NCBI GenBank assembly: GCA_963666365.2
Contig: CAXXNF010000001.1
Location: forward strand, 800,001-864,000
Length of the DNA: 64,000 nt
Source of the DNA: Syntrophales bacterium
GTDB lineage: Bacteria > Desulfobacterota > Syntrophia > Syntrophales > UBA2210
Direction of reading: 5' to 3'
In this document: piece after piece, positions 58,937 through 64,000 of the stretch
Layout of the letters: each line of letters starts with the position of its first letter
How positions within the stretch are numbered: the first letter of the stretch is position 1
The notes under the pieces: generated by a model
The model's database searches: none
What the model saw: the letters and a program-made list of their open reading frames with translations, nothing else
What the model was told of the DNA's origin: nothing
Made by a program: the position numbers and the translations under genes

Positions 58937-59233
58937 ATGAAAAAGAGCACAACTGGAAATGTGGTCAAGAAGACTACCGAAATGCGGCGGGAACTGAATG
59001 AACAGTTTACAGTGACGCGCATCGGTGTTTTCGGTTCTTACGCCAGGGGTGACGAACGCTCCGAAAGCGACATAGATATAATCGCCGAATTGGCCGAACC
59101 GACCTTCGATCATTATGTGGACCTCAAATTCAAACATGAAGAGGTTTTTCAAAAGCCTGTGGACTTAGTACTGGCGGACACAGTAAAGCCCCGCCTCAAG
59201 CCGATTATCGAAAAAGAGGTCGTCTATGCCTAG
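58937..59233 (+). CDS. Minimal nucleotidyltransferase (MNT antitoxin)
   Basis: GVFGSYARGDERSESDIDI, PVDLV. Confidence 0.9.
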   Translation: MKKSTTGNVVKKTTEMRRELNEQFTVTRIGVFGSYARGDERSESDIDIIAELAEPTFDHYVDLKFKHEEVFQKPVDLVLADTVKPRLKPIIEKEVVYA

Positions 59234-59348
59234 AGATCCTCGCCTGTATCTGGGCGATATTCTGGAAGCAATCATCCAAATAAGTGAATACAAAGAGTCT
59301 ACAGATTTTGAATCGTTCGTTCGGGAAGATGATTTGAAACGTTTGTAA
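59226..59348 (+). pseudogene. Truncated HEPN/DUF86 toxin (40 aa N-terminus only)
   Basis: MPRDPRLYLGDILEAIIQISEY...FESF overlapping the MNT stop; ends before the RxxxxH motif. Confidence 0.78.
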
Positions 59349-59383
59349 TCTGATAAACCCCTAACCGAAAAAAGGAGGAACGA

Positions 59384-60745
59384 ATGGAAACACGTTTTGC
59401 AAGGTATTTGACAGGAGTCTTGGTGTGGGTATTTTGTTTTTCAATGGTGTACGCAGTCAACATAAACAGTGCAGCCAATGCCATGCCGGGCATTGACGTG
59501 GCCACTATGGAAAAAAGTATGACCGATTTTGATCCGAGTAACGTGCAAATGCCAACAGGTGATACAATTAAGGTCGGGCTCATGGATTCCTTCTCAGGAC
59601 CAGCAGCGCTCAATGGTCAGATTTTCTGGCTTCCTCCTAACTGGGTTGCCTATCACATCAATCAACAGGAAGGGATTCGTGTCGACGGCAAGCTCAAGAA
59701 AATTGAGATCATTAAGGGTGACACCCAAGGGAAACCTTCCATATGTAAAAAAGCTGCAGAGAAGCTATGCCTGGAGGACAATGTTGATGTTCTGTGGGGT
59801 ACAGCCGGCAGTCATCTGACCCTTATTATGCAAAATGTGGCGAATAAATATAAAAAGATCCATATCAACCCACTAGGAAACACAACTGCTCTTCTTGACG
59901 GTAAAAATTTCAACCGATATACCTTTCGAACCGTTTACAACACAGAAATGTTTGGTCTTGGTCTTGCTTATTTTTATTCCAAACGACCAGAGAACAAATT
60001 TTATATTTTGTGCCAGGATTATATGTTCGGCCACAATATGGGAAAAGCATTTAAAGATGGCCTCAAAAAGTACAAACCCAACGCTGAAATTGTCGGTGAA
60101 GCCTACCATCCTCTCTTTATGAAAGACTTTGCCCCTTATTTGACCAAGGTCAAGGCTTCAGATGCCGATGTTCTCTTTACAAGCGACTGGGCGCCGGATG
60201 GACAAAACCTTATAAAAACTGCACGATCACTGGGGATTACCATTCCTATTGCCACTCGGGATGCCTGTGAACCAGTTACAATGAAGGCCATTGGCGGTCC
60301 TGCCGGAATCGGAATGGTCCAAGTCAACGACCACGCAGTAAATTACGATACACCTGAAAACAGAGTCTTCAATAAAACATGGAATGATTTGTGGAAAACT
60401 AAATGGGAAGCCCCCTATAATACCGATTTGTATAAGTGGCCTGGTACGGTTTTTGGCTCAACGGTTGGCGCCACCTATTGGTTCTTCGATATTGTCAAAA
60501 GAATCGGTACAACTGATCCTGAAAAAATAATCGCAGCATGGGAAGGTGATGAATTCAAGGGCTTTACCGGTATCATGAAAATGAGGCCCTGTGATCATCA
60601 AGTATTAAGGGCCATGTATGCAACCGAATATGATTTTCCCAATAAATGGTTTCCAGAGGCGGCTGGTCCCGGAAAAACATACATGATACCAATAGAATAT
60701 TGTTCCCCTGACGTTCCTGCCGATCTTGAAAGATGTAAAAAGTAG
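59384..60745 (+). CDS. Orphan ABC transporter substrate-binding protein (LivJ/LivK-like)
   Basis: IKVGLMDSFSGPAA, GDTQGKP, YTFR, QDYMFG, DFAPYLTKVKAS, MRPCDHQ; AAGGAGG RBS. Confidence 0.92.
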   Translation: METRFARYLTGVLVWVFCFSMVYAVNINSAANAMPGIDVATMEKSMTDFDPSNVQMPTGDTIKVGLMDSFSGPAALNGQIFWLPPNWVAYHINQQEGIRVDGKLKKIEIIKGDTQGKPSICKKAAEKLCLEDNVDVLWGTAGSHLTLIMQNVANKYKKIHINPLGNTTALLDGKNFNRYTFRTVYNTEMFGLGLAYFYSKRPENKFYILCQDYMFGHNMGKAFKDGLKKYKPNAEIVGEAYHPLFMKDFAPYLTKVKASDADVLFTSDWAPDGQNLIKTARSLGITIPIATRDACEPVTMKAIGGPAGIGMVQVNDHAVNYDTPENRVFNKTWNDLWKTKWEAPYNTDLYKWPGTVFGSTVGATYWFFDIVKRIGTTDPEKIIAAWEGDEFKGFTGIMKMRPCDHQVLRAMYATEYDFPNKWFPEAAGPGKTYMIPIEYCSPDVPADLERCKK

Positions 60746-60767
60746 GTCGTTAATGATTGTTTAAATT

Positions 60768-60810
60768 GTAAGGGGCCACACCGTTATTAAGCTCGTGGTG
60801 TGGCCCCTTA
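60768..60810. terminator. Hairpin terminator after the SBP gene
   Basis: taaggggccacacc...ggtgtggcccctta. Confidence 0.7.
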
Positions 60811-61232
60811 TTTACTGCTCCTTTCTCAATATATGGATGTTCTGAACCAAATTTCTTAAATTAGTCGATCCTGAAAAAGTCGTTATTAAGTTTGTCCTAT
60901 AATTCCGAAAGTTCTTTGACAGCCAAAGCATTGCGGGATAAATCGATGCAAAAAAGCGGCAACGGAGAGGATCGCATTGATTCGGTCTTCTTCACCAATG
61001 CCAATTGAGATGGAATCATTAAGCCGCAGGAACTGGTGGATGTAGATCAAAGAGTTTCCATGCCCTAAGGACGAATAACCAGCCATTATCGACACGATGA
61101 CAATGACGCTTGAACACGATAGACCCATACGGGTTACTCCGTTTCACCCTCCATGGTTCTTATGGGTACGAGCAGTCATTGATGAAATCACGACTGAATA
61201 AAATTTTTATTCGGTTGCGAGCCTGGTAATCC

Positions 61233-61447
61233 CTATTTTTTACACCGGTTCAGGTCGTCCGGAATCGACTGGGTACAGTATTTCGTCAGAACGACAAACG
61301 TCTTTCCATAGGCAGCAATGCCGTCGCACCAATGATTCGGATATTCCAATTGCGTGACACACATGTCGCGCATTATCTGATGATCTCAGGCTCTCATTTT
61401 GACGAGACTCTTAAGATCTCCTACTCATCCTTCTAAAGCAGTAATGA
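61233..61447 (-). pseudogene. Relic 3' end of a paralogue of the neighbouring SBP, inverted
   Basis: LVKMRA*DHQIMRDMCVTQLEYPNHWCDGIAAYGKTFVVLTKYCTQSIPDDLNRCKK* aligns ungapped with IMKMRPCDHQVLRAMYATEYDFPNKWFPEAAGPGKTYMIPIEYCSPDVPADLERCKK*. Confidence 0.85.
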
Positions 61448-61699
61448 GTATCATCTCAATATTAGAATTCCGGTTGCCGACCTGTTACGCCGGCGTCCTA
61501 AAGAATTTTACATTAATAATATCAAATAATTATGATGTGTAAAGTACGCAAAATAACCAAAGAAAATGCATTTAGTGTGTCCGCAGTTACCACATCCCCC
61601 TGTCCAAGTACTCATGCACAAGAATTCATACTGAACGTTGAATCTGTATATGGTATGCATTCACTATATGTGTGAGCAAAATAACGCGGGAGATTACAA

Positions 61700-62149
61700 A
61701 TGTCATTTTATGAAACATCCGAAAGAACTACCACAGAGAAGGAGCAACGGTCTTCAATAAACATGCATCACGTGCATCTTTTCGCCTCCGATATCGATGC
61801 AAGTCTCAAATTCTATGAAAAATGGTTTGGCGCCGAAGTGGTATGGGATGGCATGTTTGCCGATGCAAGAAATGTCTTTGTCCGGATAGGCGGGGGGCAC
61901 ATACACTTTTACGACCAGCCGCCACGTGGGGACGGGCAAAACGCCTACCATCACCTAGGCTTTCAAATCGATGATCTGGACGGGTTGTACGGACGCATGA
62001 AAGAGGAGGGCTTCCCCCTGCGACAACCTGTAAAACGTTTCGCAGGCGGAGGCGCCTACCTGATGGTCGTGGCTCCAGACGGCGTCTTGCTTGAACTCTT
62101 TGAACCGGAACCGGATCACGCAAAGCGGTTCGGTTCATATTTTTTCTAA
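61700..62149 (+). CDS. VOC/glyoxalase-family protein
   Basis: HHVHLFASDIDASLKFY, HHLGF, PDGVLLELFE. Confidence 0.88.
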   Translation: MSFYETSERTTTEKEQRSSINMHHVHLFASDIDASLKFYEKWFGAEVVWDGMFADARNVFVRIGGGHIHFYDQPPRGDGQNAYHHLGFQIDDLDGLYGRMKEEGFPLRQPVKRFAGGGAYLMVVAPDGVLLELFEPEPDHAKRFGSYFF

Positions 62150-62171
62150 ATGTGACGAGGGAACACATAAT

Positions 62172-62549
62172 ATGAACTGTAATTTTCACCATGTCCACCT
62201 CTTTGCATCGGACCTCGATGCAAGCATTCGATTCTACAAAAAGATGTTCGGCGCCGAGATCGTCTTCGACGAGATTGTTGCCGGAGCGAGAAACGTACTG
62301 ATACGAATAGGCAGCGGGCACATCAATTTTTACGACCAACCTCCCAGGGGAACGGGGCTGAGTGCGGTACATCATTTGGGCATCAATACGGATGATATTT
62401 CCGAACTGGTTGCTCACATGAAAGAAAAGGGATACACATTTCGCTCACCCATCAGGAACTTCGGTGACCTCAAGTACATAATGCTGGAGGGACCGGACAA
62501 GGTGTTGATTGAGATTTTCGAAACAAACGCATCCTGGGGGAAACTTTAG
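62172..62549 (+). CDS. VOC/glyoxalase-family protein (tandem paralogue)
   Basis: HHVHLFASDLDASIRFY, HHLGI, PDKVLIEIFE; GAGGG RBS before ATG 62172. Confidence 0.9.
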   Translation: MNCNFHHVHLFASDLDASIRFYKKMFGAEIVFDEIVAGARNVLIRIGSGHINFYDQPPRGTGLSAVHHLGINTDDISELVAHMKEKGYTFRSPIRNFGDLKYIMLEGPDKVLIEIFETNASWGKL

Positions 62550-62662
62550 ACAAAAAATAATCGACGGCGTAACTACTACATACCACGCCGCATACAACTG
62601 ATCAGGTAATTCTCCAGTAATGCATTATATGAAGTGCATTATTCTCTTGAATAATAATGCAT

Positions 62663-63212
62663 CAATAAACTACCCCGCCGCAAGCAGCGGGGTATCAAAA
62701 CCCGAATAACTCGAGTTGCTGACTATGCAATTTCTTATATTCCTTTTCTCGTCCTTGCTTCTTCACATATTCGGTAATGCTTTTCTCATTGCCAAATTGC
62801 CCGACCGTGCTGATGAAATACCCTTTGGACCAGAGCTCCCCACCCCAGAGAGCTTTCTTTACCGACGGCACACGCGTAAAGATCTCGCGCGCGGTTATGC
62901 TCTTGATCGTCTGAGCAATCTTTTTCGGGCTATACATCGGAACAGTCTGAACCAAAAAATGAACGTGATCCTTATCCGTACCTATCTCCAAAAACCTTAT
63001 CTCGTAACGCTTAGATATCTCCAAGCATACGTCCCGCAATTCCTTATCTACCTCTTCCGTAAACACCACGCGCCGATACTTCGCTGGACATACCAGATGA
63101 TACAATAATACAGATACATTATGACTCTTATGAATATATTCGCTCACATAAACAGCATCTCATACAAATCTATTCGAAGCAAGCTTCGGGGAATATGACC
63201 CGGAGAGATTTA
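62663..63212 (-). mobile_element. IS200/IS605-family element, tnpA only (boundaries approximate)
   Basis: Subterminal hairpins taccccgccgcaagcagcggggta (62671-62694) and cgaagcaagcttcg (63175-63188) flank a Y1 transposase. Confidence 0.82.
62695..63147 (-). CDS. tnpA: IS200-family HUH/Y1 transposase
   Basis: YHLVCPAKYRR, DHVHFLV, LWSKGYFISTVG, YVKKQG. Confidence 0.95.
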   Translation of the reverse strand: MSEYIHKSHNVSVLLYHLVCPAKYRRVVFTEEVDKELRDVCLEISKRYEIRFLEIGTDKDHVHFLVQTVPMYSPKKIAQTIKSITAREIFTRVPSVKKALWGGELWSKGYFISTVGQFGNEKSITEYVKKQGREKEYKKLHSQQLELFGF

Positions 63213-63305
63213 AATAAGTAACCATTTATTTATTTTTCGATTTGAAAATTTACATTAGCAATCCTGCGATATACGCTTTCCTCGATTTTCGAGGGAGGCG
63301 CATAT

Positions 63306-64000
63306 ATGAATTCAGGAAAGACCGTTTTTGCACAGATTCTACAACATGTATCACGTTACGAGTTCAATAAATGTGTCGCGAACTACAATGGAAATTATCG
63401 AGTAAGAAAGTTCCCCTGTTACGATCAGTTCCTGTGTCTGGCGTTTGCGCAACTGACCTATCGGGAAAGCCTTCGAGATATCGAAACATGTTTAAACTCT
63501 CATCGAGAAAAGTTATACCACATCGGCTTTCGAGGCCAGATATCCCAGTCAACAATGGCCGATGCAAACGAGCGTCGGGACTGGCGCATTTATCAGAGCT
63601 TCGGATATCACCTGATCGGCGTAGCACAGAAGCTCTACCAAACCGAGAAGCCGGCCATGGATCTCGTTCAATCACTCTATGCTCTCGATTCGACGACAGT
63701 CGATCTGTGCCTTTCTCTTTTCCCATGGGTGACGTTTCGAACAACAAAGTCAGCCGTAAAGATTCATACATTGCTCGACTTGAGAGGCTCGATCCCCACA
63801 TTCATCAGTCTCACACCCGGAAGCGTGCACGATGTCACCATCATGGATATGATTCCTTTCGAACGCAACTCCATTGTAACTATGGATCGCGCATACGTCG
63901 ATTTCGCTCGTCTTTATGCAATTCATCGACTTCCCGCTTTTTTCGTCACGCGTGCAAAAAGCAATCTGCATTATCGCCGCCTTACGTCGAGAGCTGTCGA
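63306..64000 (+). CDS. IS4-family DDE transposase (DUF4372 N-terminus), runs off the window; absent from the ORF track
   Basis: GGGAGG RBS; MNSGKTVFAQIL...FAQLTYRESLRDIE...STMADANERRDW...ALDSTTVDLCLSLFPW...VKIHTLLDL...HD...MDRAYVDF. Confidence 0.93.
   Translation, partial: MNSGKTVFAQILQHVSRYEFNKCVANYNGNYRVRKFPCYDQFLCLAFAQLTYRESLRDIETCLNSHREKLYHIGFRGQISQSTMADANERRDWRIYQSFGYHLIGVAQKLYQTEKPAMDLVQSLYALDSTTVDLCLSLFPWVTFRTTKSAVKIHTLLDLRGSIPTFISLTPGSVHDVTIMDMIPFERNSIVTMDRAYVDFARLYAIHRLPAFFVTRAKSNLHYRRLTSRAV

Noticed and set aside
60841..61200. Possible decayed gene
   Set aside because: No frame gave a recognisable protein
1..64000. tRNA, rRNA or known riboswitch
   Set aside because: No recognisable cloverleaf, rRNA or riboswitch consensus by eye; a covariance-model scan would be needed to exclude them

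Overview
This 64 kb bacterial window most likely comes from an anaerobic Desulfobacterota ('deltaproteobacterial', Syntrophales-like) genome; that assignment is inferred from gene content and protein style. It has four parts. (1) 0.5-29 kb is a surface-protein island, almost all on the minus strand. It holds five large secreted beta-sandwich proteins (1519, 512, 1002, 1659 and ~2806 aa), two cohesin-domain proteins, three dockerin-like loops, a stand-alone secretin-N/STN-like protein, a Crp-family regulator and an orphan gspI-gspJ pair. The two largest paralogues have matching predicted promoters, each with tandem TGTGA-N6-TCACA boxes in identical geometry. (2) 29-47.5 kb is mostly housekeeping: MltF-like, two NUDIX, TrmH, polar amino-acid ABC transporter, KamA-like radical SAM, Na/Pi cotransporter, MoxR-VWA, thiolase, acyl-CoA synthetase, GNAT and HDOD-GGDEF. 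(3) 47.7-54.4 kb is an arsenic/redox cluster with a frameshifted acr3 and a thioredoxin split by a MITE. It ends in a DUF1573 gene that the ORF track splits at an in-frame UGA, probably selenocysteine in a U-G-C motif. (4) 54.6-64 kb is accessory and partly AT-richer: serine hydrolase, alkyl sulfatase, decayed HipA and HEPN toxins, an orphan ABC binding protein plus an inverted relic of a paralogue, two VOC proteins, an IS200-type element and an IS4-family transposase running off the end. Several families of short palindromic or 9-mer repeats fill the intergenic spaces. I saw no rRNA, tRNA or CRISPR array. All domain calls are by-eye motif recognition, not database searches.
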